A stretch of 64,000 nucleotides of DNA from an uncultured Chloroflexia bacterium (GTDB taxonomy: Bacteria; Chloroflexota; Dehalococcoidia; DSTF01; WHTK01): contig CAVPFY010000007.1 of the NCBI GenBank assembly GCA_963703905.1, positions 14,374-78,373 of the forward strand. The letters are read 5' to 3'. Below the pieces are notes generated by a model. The model had not been told where the DNA came from. It searched no databases and saw nothing but the letters and a program-made list of their open reading frames with translations. Below, one piece after another: positions 8,545-17,504 of this stretch. The translations under genes and the position numbers were made by a program. Numbering within the stretch: position 1 is the first letter of the stretch; each line of letters starts with the position of its first letter.

Positions 8545-9774
8545 ATGGTGTACAAGCCGGCCCGCATGAAGTTCGGCATCTTCTTGGCCCCGTTCCACCG
8601 CGTGGGCGAAAACCCAACCCTGGCCTTCGAGCGCGACCTGGAGCTGATCCAGCACCTCGACCGGCTGGACTTCGACGAGGCCTGGATCGGCGAGCACCAT
8701 TCCGGCGCCCGCGAGCTCATCGGCGAGCCGATGCTGTTCATCGCCGCGGCGGCGCAGCGCACGCGCCACATCAAGCTCGGCACCGGCGTCACCAGCCTGC
8801 CCTACCACCACCCCTTCATGGTCGCCGACCGCCTGGTGCAGCTGGACCACATGACCCGCGGCCGCGTCATGCTCGGCGTGGGGCCCGGCCTCCTGACGTC
8901 CGACGCCTACATGCTCGGTATCGAGACGACGCTGCAACGCCCTCGCATGAACGAGGCGCTGGACGTGATCATGGCGCTGCTGCGCGGCGAAGGCCCGCTG
9001 ACCATGGAGACAGAGTGGTTCAAGCTCAACGACGCCCGCCTCCAGCTGGCGCCCTACACCCACCCCCACCCTCCCATCGCTGTCGCTACATCCTTTACGC
9101 CCTCCGGCCCGATGGCCGCGGGCCGCCACGGCCTGGGCCTGCTTTCCGTCGCCGGCGCCGACGACGAGCGCTTCAGCCGCACGTGGGGCTGGGTCGAAGA
9201 GGCCGCCGCCGAGTCTGGCAAGCAGGTTTCTCGCGCCGACTGGAAGGTGGTCGTCACCTTCCACCTCGCCGAGACCAAGGAGCAGGCGATGGAGGACCTG
9301 CGCCAGAGCTACCCGCGCCGCGCCTACGCCGGCGACACTCGGGCGGGGACCGGCGCCGGCGGCGTCGGGTTCGGGCCCAGCGGCGCCACTGTCGAGGAGG
9401 CTGTGAAGACCGGCCTCATCGCCGGCACTCCGGACGAGATGATCGCCTACATCGAGGATGTCCAGGAGCGCTCCGGCGGCGTCGGCGGCATTCTCGCCCT
9501 CGGACACGAGTGGGCCAACACGGACGCCACCTTCCGCAGTTACGAGCTCTTCGCCCGTTACGTCATGCCCCATTTCCGCGGCCAACTGGAGCCGCTGGTC
9601 AGCAACCGCGACTGGTTCGAAGGGAACATGGCCACGATCTTCGCCCAGTCCGGCGCCGCCCAGGTCAAGGCCTTCGCCGATGCCGGCAAGGAGCTTCCGG
9701 CCGAGTTCGTAAAGCGCCAGGAAGAAATGGCGCGCCGCCGCGCCGAGCGCGAGGCCGCGCGCGCTTCGGAGTAG
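8545..9774 (+). CDS. LLM-class flavin-dependent (luciferase-like) monooxygenase
   Basis: Intact 409-aa ORF with the RBS GGAGAGG before ATG 8545. The N-terminus MKFGIFLAPFH...DEAWIGEHHSG is typical of luciferase-like monooxygenases. Confidence 0.7.
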   Translation: MVYKPARMKFGIFLAPFHRVGENPTLAFERDLELIQHLDRLDFDEAWIGEHHSGARELIGEPMLFIAAAAQRTRHIKLGTGVTSLPYHHPFMVADRLVQLDHMTRGRVMLGVGPGLLTSDAYMLGIETTLQRPRMNEALDVIMALLRGEGPLTMETEWFKLNDARLQLAPYTHPHPPIAVATSFTPSGPMAAGRHGLGLLSVAGADDERFSRTWGWVEEAAAESGKQVSRADWKVVVTFHLAETKEQAMEDLRQSYPRRAYAGDTRAGTGAGGVGFGPSGATVEEAVKTGLIAGTPDEMIAYIEDVQERSGGVGGILALGHEWANTDATFRSYELFARYVMPHFRGQLEPLVSNRDWFEGNMATIFAQSGAAQVKAFADAGKELPAEFVKRQEEMARRRAEREAARASE

Positions 9775-9831
9775 GCGTCAGGCTTCACGAAACGCACTCA
9801 GCCTTCGCCGGCGCTGCCGCGCCTCAAAAAC

Positions 9832-9871
9832 GTAGGCCGGGCCTTCCAGCCCCGCCGGGCCCTTTGCGCAG
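9832..9871. repeat. GTAGGCCGGGCCTTCCAG... REP-family unit
   Basis: GTAGGCCGGGCCTTCCAGCCCCGCCGGGCCCTTTGCGCAG. The same roughly 40-nt unit occurs at 5505 and 23004, each time between convergent genes. Confidence 0.7.
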
Positions 9872-9910
9872 ACGAACCGCTCTATCGTCCGCGACGCCCT
9901 CTGGCTAACC

Positions 9911-9927
9911 GCTGACAGCTGACAGCT
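9911..9927. repeat. Short-period spacer GCTGACA x2
   Basis: GCTGACAGCTGACAGCT lies immediately 3' of the IclR stop (9931-9933). It uses the same word family as the CAGCTGT/CAGCTAT heptamers at 3134-3159. Confidence 0.6.
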
Positions 9928-9930
9928 CCC

Positions 9931-10687
9931 CTACGCCAACTGCACCGCCAGCTCCTCCGCCAGCACGCTCATCTCCTGGCGCATCCAGCCCTGGTGCTCC
10001 ACCGTCATCTTCTCCGGGCGGCCGCCGCAGGTGATCGCGGCGATGGCGTCGCCGCCGGCGTTGAACACGGGCACGGCGACCGAGCGCCAGAACTCGCTGT
10101 ACTCGCCGATGTCGGTCGAGTACTGATTGTGGCGAATTCGGTCCAGCTCCTCGCGCAGCTGGTCGCGGTCCACGATCGTGAGGTCGGTGTAGGAGCGCAG
10201 CGGGATGCGCGCCAGCAGGTCGGCGCGCTCGGCCTCCGGCAAGAAGGCGAAGAGGAGCTTGCCCGAGGACGTGCAGTGGATCGGCTGCAGCGTGCCCAGC
10301 TTGAACTCGCCGCGCTCGGAGTCGGGCGCCGCTCTCGCGGGCGACGAAAGTCACGGCGTCGCCTAGAAGCACGCCGAGGTATGAGTCCAAACGCGACATC
10401 TCGGCCACGTGCGCCAGCACCGGCAGCGCCAGTTGCACCAGCGACGACCGTCCCAGGCCGGCGCCGCCGACCGCCAGAAGGGCGGGCCCCAGCTGGTAGA
10501 GGCGTCCCTGCTTGCGCTCGACCCAGCGCATCGTCGTCATCGTCGCGAGAAGGCGGTGTACGGAGCTCTGGGGGATGGCGAGCTTGGAGGCGATGTCGCC
10601 GGCCGTCAGGGGACGGCGCTCCTTGGCCAGCATTTCGACGATGCGGATGACGCGCGCGCCGGACCTTACCTCTGTTTCAGCCGCCAA
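9931..10687 (-). pseudogene. IclR-family transcriptional regulator with one frame disruption
   Basis: The N-terminal wHTH part (IRIVEMLAKERRPLTAGDIASKLAIPQSSVHRLLATM) is in the frame of ORF 9905..10687. The C-terminal effector domain (...GTLQPIHCTSSGKLLFAFLPEAERADLLARIPL...) is in the frame of 9931..10242. There is a single shift near 10325. Confidence 0.75.
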
Positions 10688-10747
10688 ACCGGTCTCCTAG
10701 CTCTGCCCTCGCCGGACTCTGAACCTGTGTCGTCTTTCACAATATAA

Positions 10748-10762
10748 CGAACGAGCCGTTCG
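10748..10762. promoter_or_regulatory. Candidate operator palindrome upstream of the IclR gene
   Basis: Perfect CGAACG-agc-CGTTCG inverted repeat about 60 nt upstream of the IclR start, next to an AT-rich TATATT stretch. Function is inferred only from position. Confidence 0.3.
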
Positions 10763-10809
10763 GGGCAGTCCCCGCCGCCACCATCTCTAAATTCGCGTGA
10801 CGGCCTGCC

Positions 10810-11664
10810 TCAAATTCCCGGCGCGCCTCTGGCCTTGTCCTCAGCAAGGTGCCGCATCGCCCGCTGGACACGGCTGCGAAAGGGGCTGCCCGCCTCCCGC
10901 GGCTGCGGCTTGCGTTCCGACTCCGGCCGCACCTCCGGGTACGCCCATTGCCGCCCCCAGAGGCTGGGCGAGAGCGACCATACCGAGGTCGTGAAGCCCT
11001 GCATGTCCTGCGCCTGGTTGATTGTGTGCTTTATCGTCCGCAGGCTCACTGGGTCGTTTTCCGCGACGCGGGCCGCGAAAATCATCGTCTCGTCTTCGAG
11101 GCTCTCGGCGGGGAAGACCCGGTTGACGAAGCCGAAGGTCATGGCCTCCTGGGCCGACATGATGCGGTTGCCGAAGAGCAGCTCCTTGGCCTTGCGCGGC
11201 CCGACGTCCCAGGACGTGGTCATGTAGTCGCCGTACGTCGGCACGAACAGCGCGTCCTCGGCCGCGTAGATGATGTCCATCGCGGCCGCGATCATCCAGC
11301 CGCCGAAGAAGCAGTAGCCGTGGACCATCGCCAGCGTCGGCTTCGGCAGGTTGCGCCAGCGCATGTGCATGTCCACGTAAAGCTGCTTGTAGCGCTCGCC
11401 CAGGCCCCAGCGGTCGGCGTCAGCCTGCTCGCGCTCGGTGCGCTCCAGCACCGACTCCGGCGAGTCTATGTCGTGGCCGGAGGAGAAGCCGCGGCCGGCG
11501 CCAGACAGCACGACTATGCGCACTTCCGGGTCGGCGGCCGCCTCCTCGAAGGCCCTGTCCATTTCGTAGAGCAGCTTGTGGCTCTGGGCGTTCAGGCGTT
11601 CGGGCCGGTTGAGGATCACCCTCGCGACAGGACCCGGCTGGTAGATCAAGGTTTCGTAGGTCAT
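10810..11664 (-). CDS. Enoyl-CoA hydratase/isomerase (crotonase) family protein
   Basis: Intact 284-aa ORF. VARVILNRPERLNA and VVLSGAGRGFSSGHD are typical crotonase-fold motifs. Confidence 0.8.
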   Translation of the reverse strand: MTYETLIYQPGPVARVILNRPERLNAQSHKLLYEMDRAFEEAAADPEVRIVVLSGAGRGFSSGHDIDSPESVLERTEREQADADRWGLGERYKQLYVDMHMRWRNLPKPTLAMVHGYCFFGGWMIAAAMDIIYAAEDALFVPTYGDYMTTSWDVGPRKAKELLFGNRIMSAQEAMTFGFVNRVFPAESLEDETMIFAARVAENDPVSLRTIKHTINQAQDMQGFTTSVWSLSPSLWGRQWAYPEVRPESERKPQPREAGSPFRSRVQRAMRHLAEDKARGAPGI

Positions 11665-11686
11665 TCAGGTTCTCCCGTAGTAATCG

Positions 11687-12922
11687 TCAGTCCAGGGCCC
11701 CGGCGGCGGCCAGCTCCGCGATCTCGTCCGCGCTCAACCCCAGGATCGAGTCCAGCACCTGCATCGTGTGCTCGCCCAGCAGGGGCCCCAGGCGCACGTC
11801 CGCCGGGTTGTGCCGGCGCGATTGCATCGGGTTGCCGTGGACCAGGAACTCCCGCCCCACAGGATGCATCAGCCTCGCGAAGTAGTTTTCGCCCAGCGTT
11901 GGGTCGCGCTCGACCATGTCCGCGATGTCCTGGTACGGGCCTGCCGGCACGCCCCGCGCTTGCAGAAACACGGCCAGCTCCTGCCGCTCCCAGCCCTCGG
12001 TCCAGGCCTCGATCGCCGCGTCAATTTCCGCCTCGTGCGCCCGCCGGCCCGCGAGGGTCGCGAACTCGGGCCGTCGCAGCGCCTCCAGCGCCTCGACGGC
12101 GGTGAGCGCGCGCCAGTGCGCCTCCGTCCAGGACGCTGATCGCGCACCAGGAGTCCTCGCCCCGACAGCGGTAGATGTTGTGCGGCACGGCCTCGGGGTT
12201 GCGGTTGCCTTCCGGCGCTGGCGCCTGTTTGTTCGCGGTGTACTCGAAGCACGGCCGGCGCCCAGCAGCGACGCCGTCGACTCGTACTGGCTGACCTCGA
12301 TGAACTGCCCCTCGCCCGTCTTCTCGCGATGGTGGAGGGCCGCCATCAGGGCGATGGCGGCGTGAAACGGGTTCGCGGAGAAGTCCGGGTACTGGTGGCC
12401 GAAGTTCACCGGCGGCTCGCCGGCGTTCCCGGAGACGGACTTCAGGCCGGCCAGCGCCGCGAAGCTGTCGCCGAAGGCCCGCCAGCGCTTCCTCGGGCCG
12501 CGCGTCTCCATGGTCGGCACCGTAATGACGATGATGCGCGGGTTGAGCTTGCGCGCCTCCTCGTAGCCGACGCCCCAGCGGTCGAGCTGGTCGCCGTGGA
12601 GGTTGCAGACGATGGCGTCGGAGACGCCGACCAGGCGGCGCAAGCATGTCACGGCCCTGCGGCAGGGTCAGGTTGAGGGTGCATGGAGAGCTTGCCGGAG
12701 TTCATGTCCTGGAAGTAGCCGCCCGTGTCGGCGTTGGCGTTGGCGTCGCCCGGCAGCTCGCCGAACAGAGGAGTGCGGTTGCGCGCGCGCCACGTCCGGC
12801 CGGGTCGACGACTCGATCTTGATCACCTCGGCGCCCAAATCCGCGAGCAGGCGCGAGGTCAGCGGTCCGGCGATGATCCAGCCGCAGTCGATGATGCGGA
12901 TGCCCTCGAGCGGCAGGCTCAC
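11687..12922 (-). pseudogene. Family III CoA-transferase (unit type 2), frame-disrupted
   Basis: GTG 12922 starts MSLPLEGIRIIDCGWIIAGPLTSRLLADLGAEVIKIES. Homology to residues ~415-815 of the 19494..21941 protein continues through at least four frame changes (near 12790, 12665, 12255 and 12125). The C-terminus is ...LGEHTMQVLDSILGLSADEIAELAAAGALD. Confidence 0.75.
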
Positions 12923-14134
12923 AGGACGCCGCTCGGCTTCAGCGCCGCGACCGCTTCGGCATCGAGGCCGATGCGGCCGAAGACCTCGGCGTTATGCTCG
13001 CCCAGGAGCGGCGGCCGGCGCCCGAGGCGAAACGGCGTCTTGTCGAAGCGCATAGGCACGCCGGCGTCAAGCCACGACAGGCGCCAGTCCCGGCTGCTCG
13101 ACTTCGGCAAAGAAAGCGCGGCCGCGCAGGAACGGGTCCGCGACAAGGTCGGCGACATCGTTCACGGGCACGCACATCACGTCCTCGGCCTGGATGGCCT
13201 CGGCGACTTGCCAGCGCGTCCGCGCGCCGACGAAGCTTCGGATGACCTCGCCGCACGCGCGGGTCGCGCGCCGAATTCGCCTTCCGGCAAGCGAAGCGGC
13301 GATCTCGGCCAGGCCCTCACCCTCGCCGGCGCGCTCGAAGACCTTCTGCAGCGGCGCCAGGTTGCGAAAGGCGCCCATCTGCACGAAACCGTCGCTGGCC
13401 TCGTACAGGGTGGTGGCCTCGGCCCCTCGCAGGTGACGGGCGCGCTTGAAGCCAAATTGGTGGTACAGGGACGCATTCGACATCTGGAATGTCACCAAAG
13501 CGCCAACCCGTTCGGCCGCGATGTCGATGACGTCGCCCCTGCCGTTGCGGCGGGCGTCGTAGAGCGCGATCAGCGCGCCCAGGGCAGCCGCCAGGCCGCT
13601 CATCTCGGACGCCTGCTGCGGCCCGAAGCGCGCCGGGCGCTCGCCACGATAGCCGAAGTAGCCGATCATGCCGCTCATCGCCTGGCAGATCAGGTCGTCG
13701 CCCAGCCAGGCCGACCGCGCCGAGCTCAGTCCGAACGGCGTCACCGAGACCACCACCAGCGGCGGCGACTTCGCGGCCAGGGCGTCGAGGTCGAAGCCCA
13801 TTCCGGCCAGCGTGCCGTTGTCGAACACGATCTCGACATCGTCCAGGAGGCGGCGCATGAGGTCCCGGCCCGGCGACGTACCGGTGTCGAGCGTTATCCC
13901 CTTTTTGCCGGCGTTGTAGTGCAGGAAGTACAGGCTGGGCGCGGTCTCGGCCGGGCCCTCGACCATCTCATACAGCGGGAGGCGCCGTCGCTGCGTCGAG
14001 CCTCCGGGCGGCTCGACGCGAATGACCTCCACACCGAGGCCGACCAGCAGCCTGGGGCCATACGCGCCCAGCCCGTCGATCAGGTCGAGGGCACGCGTAC
14101 CGGCCATAGGTCCGCTGGGATCAGTCAAGTTCAA
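12919..14134 (-). pseudogene. Family III CoA-transferase (unit type 1), one frame disruption near the 3' end
   Basis: ORF 13067..14134 (MAGTRALDLIDGLGAYGPRLLVGLGVEVIRVEPPGG...) continues in ORF 12919..13158 (...PMRFDKTPFRLGRRPPLLGEHNAEVFGRIGL...). The shift is near 13085. Its stop overlaps the GTG of the next gene (GTGA). Confidence 0.75.
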
Positions 14135-14159
14135 CCGTTCGTTCCTTCATCGCAGCGTA

Positions 14160-14186
14160 GGGGCGTCCCACAGTGTAGGACGCCCC
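14160..14186 (-). terminator. Intercistronic hairpin after the SBP gene
   Basis: GGGGCGTCC (14160-14168) pairs perfectly (9 bp) with GGACGCCCC (14178-14186). It lies about 60 nt after the SBP stop and before the CoA-transferase gene. With no U-tract it may be an attenuator or mRNA stabiliser rather than a full terminator. Confidence 0.35.
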
Positions 14187-14248
14187 CTTGAATCGCGGCT
14201 GGCGCTCAGAGCACCGGATCCAAACTGTGTTTCCCTCCTCGTGGCCGG

Positions 14249-16129
14249 TCAGGCCTTCTTGTTAACGGGCGGCCTGCTCTCATCGATCCAGAGGTTGAGG
14301 TCGCCCTCGGCGATCGCCGCGCCGCCGATGGTCGTGCGGTAAACGCCGCCGTTCTGGATTGTGGGCCAATGAAGGATGAAGTTGACTGCGCCTACCGGAG
14401 GCATCGGGATGCGAAGGGCCTTCTTCGCCATCATCCGTTGGTATTCCTGGATCTGGTCGATCTGCTTCTGGTGGTCGAATTCGGCCCTGAACTGCTCGAT
14501 CGCTTTGTCGACTTCCGGGTCGCCCTTCCTGGCGTCGCCGCCGTTGTAGGAGTAGCCGTCTGTCTGCGTCCCCTTCGAGTGCTGGAGGTGGAAGATCGTC
14601 AGGTCGACGGTCGGCCGCGAGCCGGCAGCCTTGAGCAGGATGCCGTTGTATCCCGGCATCGGCTCGTTGCGGTGCTGGGCCGGCGTATAGGCGTAGTGGT
14701 AGTTCGGCAGATACTCGGTCGAGTAGTCCTTGGGGGTCTGCTTGGCGCGAATGCCGATTTCCGGCAGCATGCCGGCGAGCAAATCCGCCGAGCGGCTGTA
14801 GGTGGTGCCGTACTGAGTGCCGCCGTTGTAGAAGAGGCTGGTGTCGAAGCCGTTGGCGAAGCCCGCGGCCGACAGGAGCTTCTTTGCCTCGGCGATGCTG
14901 TACTCGTAGAAGACGCCGTTGGGGCCGAACTTCTTCGAGTCCCTGGCGTCGATCCAGTAGCCTTCCCAGGTCGCGCTGATGATGTTGTGATAGCGCGTCT
15001 GCAGGTCCAGGCCGTCGAGCTTGAACTTGTCGCGGTTGTTCATGACGTCGGTCAGCAGCTCGCGGTCGATGGCGCGAGAGACCGCCTGGCGTACGCGCTC
15101 GTCCTTGAACGGCGAGTCCCCATCGTAGCCAAAGAGGATGACCGACGAGATCGCCGAGAAAGCGTCGTCCAGGCGTAAGGTCGCGTCCGGCACGTCCTTC
15201 TTCGTCTGGACAATGTCCTCCTGGCGCGCGACGCTGGTCCAGATATTGCCGGCCTTGAACTGGGCCAGCTGGGCGGAGTATTCGGGCACGATCGGCACTT
15301 CGATCGAGTCGATGTAAGGGCGGCCTTTGTTGTAGTACTCCGGGTTCTTCTTCCAGGTGCGCCCGGCGGAAGGCGTGCTCTGCGACAGGAGCCAGGGGCC
15401 GGCGCCGCGGATGTCCTTGCGCGCGTCGAAGCCACCCTCGGCTTCCTTGGGCATGATGTAGAAGTTACGGTTGTAGGCCAGTAGCGGCAGGATGGACGCA
15501 TCCGGCTGCTTCAGCTTGAACACAACGGTCTTGTTGTCTGGCGTGCTCACCGACTCCACGGGACCGAAGGGCGAGACGGTGGCGTCGTAGAGGACGTCCG
15601 CCCTGTTCGGGCTGAGCTTGGCGAAGCGGGCCCAGGTTGTCGCCACGTCTTCTGCGTCCATCAGGCGTCCGCTGGTGGGCGCCCGCGCGTCCCATTTGAT
15701 CCCCTGGCGAAGCTTGAAGGTCACCTGAAGCTTGTCGGCGCTCACCTCGTAGGATTCGGCGCCGTCGCCTTCGGTCTCGCCGGACGGGGCCTTCGGATAC
15801 TTGCCCGTCGCGAACTTGATCAGCCGCGGGTAAGCGTAGGCCGAAATTTGGCCGTACACCGTGGACGTCGCATCTCCGATAGGGTCGAATGAGGTCGCGT
15901 CGGCGCTGGCGAAGGTCTTGTATGTGCCGCCGGATTTCGCCTTGGAGGTGGTGTCCACGGGCGTGCTGACCAGGCCCGAAACATTCGCCTTCGGCTCGTC
16001 CGAACCGCCGCCGCCACAGCCGACGAGGCTGAGCGCGGCGACTCCTCCACCAATTGTTGCTGCGCCTGTAAGGGCGCGCCTGCGTGAAATCCGTGCTCTC
16101 GTTGCTTGCTCCCAGTAGCCAGGTTTCAC
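14249..16129 (-). CDS. Family-5 ABC substrate-binding lipoprotein (Tat signal)
   Basis: ORF track 14249..16174. GTG 16129 is preceded by a perfect AGGAGG 5 nt upstream. The leader is (M)KPGYWEQATRARISRRRALTG...LSLVGCGGGG. It is a paralogue of 17505..19391. Confidence 0.85.
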   Translation of the reverse strand: MKPGYWEQATRARISRRRALTGAATIGGGVAALSLVGCGGGGSDEPKANVSGLVSTPVDTTSKAKSGGTYKTFASADATSFDPIGDATSTVYGQISAYAYPRLIKFATGKYPKAPSGETEGDGAESYEVSADKLQVTFKLRQGIKWDARAPTSGRLMDAEDVATTWARFAKLSPNRADVLYDATVSPFGPVESVSTPDNKTVVFKLKQPDASILPLLAYNRNFYIMPKEAEGGFDARKDIRGAGPWLLSQSTPSAGRTWKKNPEYYNKGRPYIDSIEVPIVPEYSAQLAQFKAGNIWTSVARQEDIVQTKKDVPDATLRLDDAFSAISSVILFGYDGDSPFKDERVRQAVSRAIDRELLTDVMNNRDKFKLDGLDLQTRYHNIISATWEGYWIDARDSKKFGPNGVFYEYSIAEAKKLLSAAGFANGFDTSLFYNGGTQYGTTYSRSADLLAGMLPEIGIRAKQTPKDYSTEYLPNYHYAYTPAQHRNEPMPGYNGILLKAAGSRPTVDLTIFHLQHSKGTQTDGYSYNGGDARKGDPEVDKAIEQFRAEFDHQKQIDQIQEYQRMMAKKALRIPMPPVGAVNFILHWPTIQNGGVYRTTIGGAAIAEGDLNLWIDESRPPVNKKA

Positions 16130-16280
16130 CTGTGCCTCCTTCCGAAACGAAAAGCCAACCGGTGGACGGATCATTGTTCCGGGAAGCTGGGGCTGTCAAG
16201 AGTGGTATTGACAAACTGGCGTACAATTCGGCCAGCACGAACCATATTTGGTGTTCGATTACCGCTTTCGGAGGCAGCAC

Positions 16281-17474
16281 ATGGACCTCAGCGACACCCC
16301 CGACGAAGCGGCCTTCCGCTCTGAGGTCCAACGCTTCCTGCGCGCGAACCTGCCCGCGGGCTACGGCTCCCCGGACCATTATGCCGGCGCGGAAGCCTCG
16401 GGCGGCTCGCAGGTTGAATTCATGCGCGGCTGGCGCCGGGCGCTCGTCGAAAAACGTTGGGCCGCCGCGCACTGGCCGAAAGAGCATGGCGGCGCCGGCC
16501 TCAGCACCGTGGAGCAGTTCATCCTGCATGAAGAGGCAGCGCTCGCCCGCGCCCCTCAGCTTGGGAACATGGGCATCGACATGATCGGGCCAACGCTAAT
16601 CGTCTTCGGCAGCGACGCCCAGAAAGACCGGTTCTTGAGCCCTACCGCCAACCTCGAGATCAACTGGTGCCAGGGTTATTCCGAGCCGGGCGCCGGCTCC
16701 GACCTGGCCTCGCTTCAGACTCGCGCGGTCCGTGACGGCGACGACTTCCTGATCAACGGCCAGAAAATCTGGACCTCCGGCGCGCACCGGGCTGACTGGA
16801 TGTTCATGCTGGCGCGTACCAACACCGAGGCGCCCAAGCATCGCGGCATCAGCATGTTCCTCCTCGACATGAAGTCGGCGGGCGTCAGTCACTCGCCCCT
16901 GCCCAATATGGCCGGGGACCACAGCTTCAACCAGGTGTTCTTCGACAACGTGCGCGTCCCCGCCTCCCAGATGGTGGGCGAAGAGAACCGCGGCTGGTAC
17001 GTCGGCGCGACTCTTCTCGACTTCGAGCGCACAGCCATCCACGCCTCGATCAGCCTGCGCAATAACGTCGATGACCTGCTGCAGTTCGCCCGCGAGCATC
17101 GCGGCGACGGCCGGGCGAGGCTGATCGACCAGCCCGCGATTCGCCATGAGCTGGCGGACCGCCTCCTGGACGCCGAGATCGCCAGGCTCTTCTCCTATCG
17201 CATCATCTCGATGCAGAAGAAGGGCTTCATTCCCAACCACGAATCGTCCGTGAACAAAGTCTTCCGCACGGAAAGCCAGCAACGTGTCGCGGCCACCGGC
17301 ATGAGGCTCATGGGCCTCTACGGGACGCTTTACCGCGGGTCCAAGTGGGCGCCTCTGCACGGGCGCCTGGCCCACTTCTACCTGGATTGCGTGTCGCGCA
17401 CCATCGGCGGCGGCACCAAGGAGATCAACCGCAACATCATCGCGCAGCGCGGCCTGGGATTGCCGCGAGACTAA
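16281..17474 (+). CDS. Acyl-CoA dehydrogenase family protein
   Basis: ORF track 16248..17474. ATG 16281 has the RBS GGAGG. The protein has typical ACAD length and segments (GYSEPGAGSDLASLQTRA, GQKIWTSGA, and the C-terminal IGGGTKEINRNIIAQRGLGLP). Confidence 0.8.
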   Translation: MDLSDTPDEAAFRSEVQRFLRANLPAGYGSPDHYAGAEASGGSQVEFMRGWRRALVEKRWAAAHWPKEHGGAGLSTVEQFILHEEAALARAPQLGNMGIDMIGPTLIVFGSDAQKDRFLSPTANLEINWCQGYSEPGAGSDLASLQTRAVRDGDDFLINGQKIWTSGAHRADWMFMLARTNTEAPKHRGISMFLLDMKSAGVSHSPLPNMAGDHSFNQVFFDNVRVPASQMVGEENRGWYVGATLLDFERTAIHASISLRNNVDDLLQFAREHRGDGRARLIDQPAIRHELADRLLDAEIARLFSYRIISMQKKGFIPNHESSVNKVFRTESQQRVAATGMRLMGLYGTLYRGSKWAPLHGRLAHFYLDCVSRTIGGGTKEINRNIIAQRGLGLPRD

Positions 17475-17504
17475 GGCCGCGTTCAGAGTCAGAGAAGGAG
17501 CCCG

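Noticed and set aside
16238-16257. Operator in the divergent SBP / acyl-CoA dehydrogenase promoter region (CGAACCATATTTGGTGTTCG)
   Set aside because: The palindrome is imperfect (an extra GT in one arm). It shares only the CGAAC/GTTCG half-sites with the perfect site at 10748-10762, and the spacing differs. It is too weak to call without more copies.
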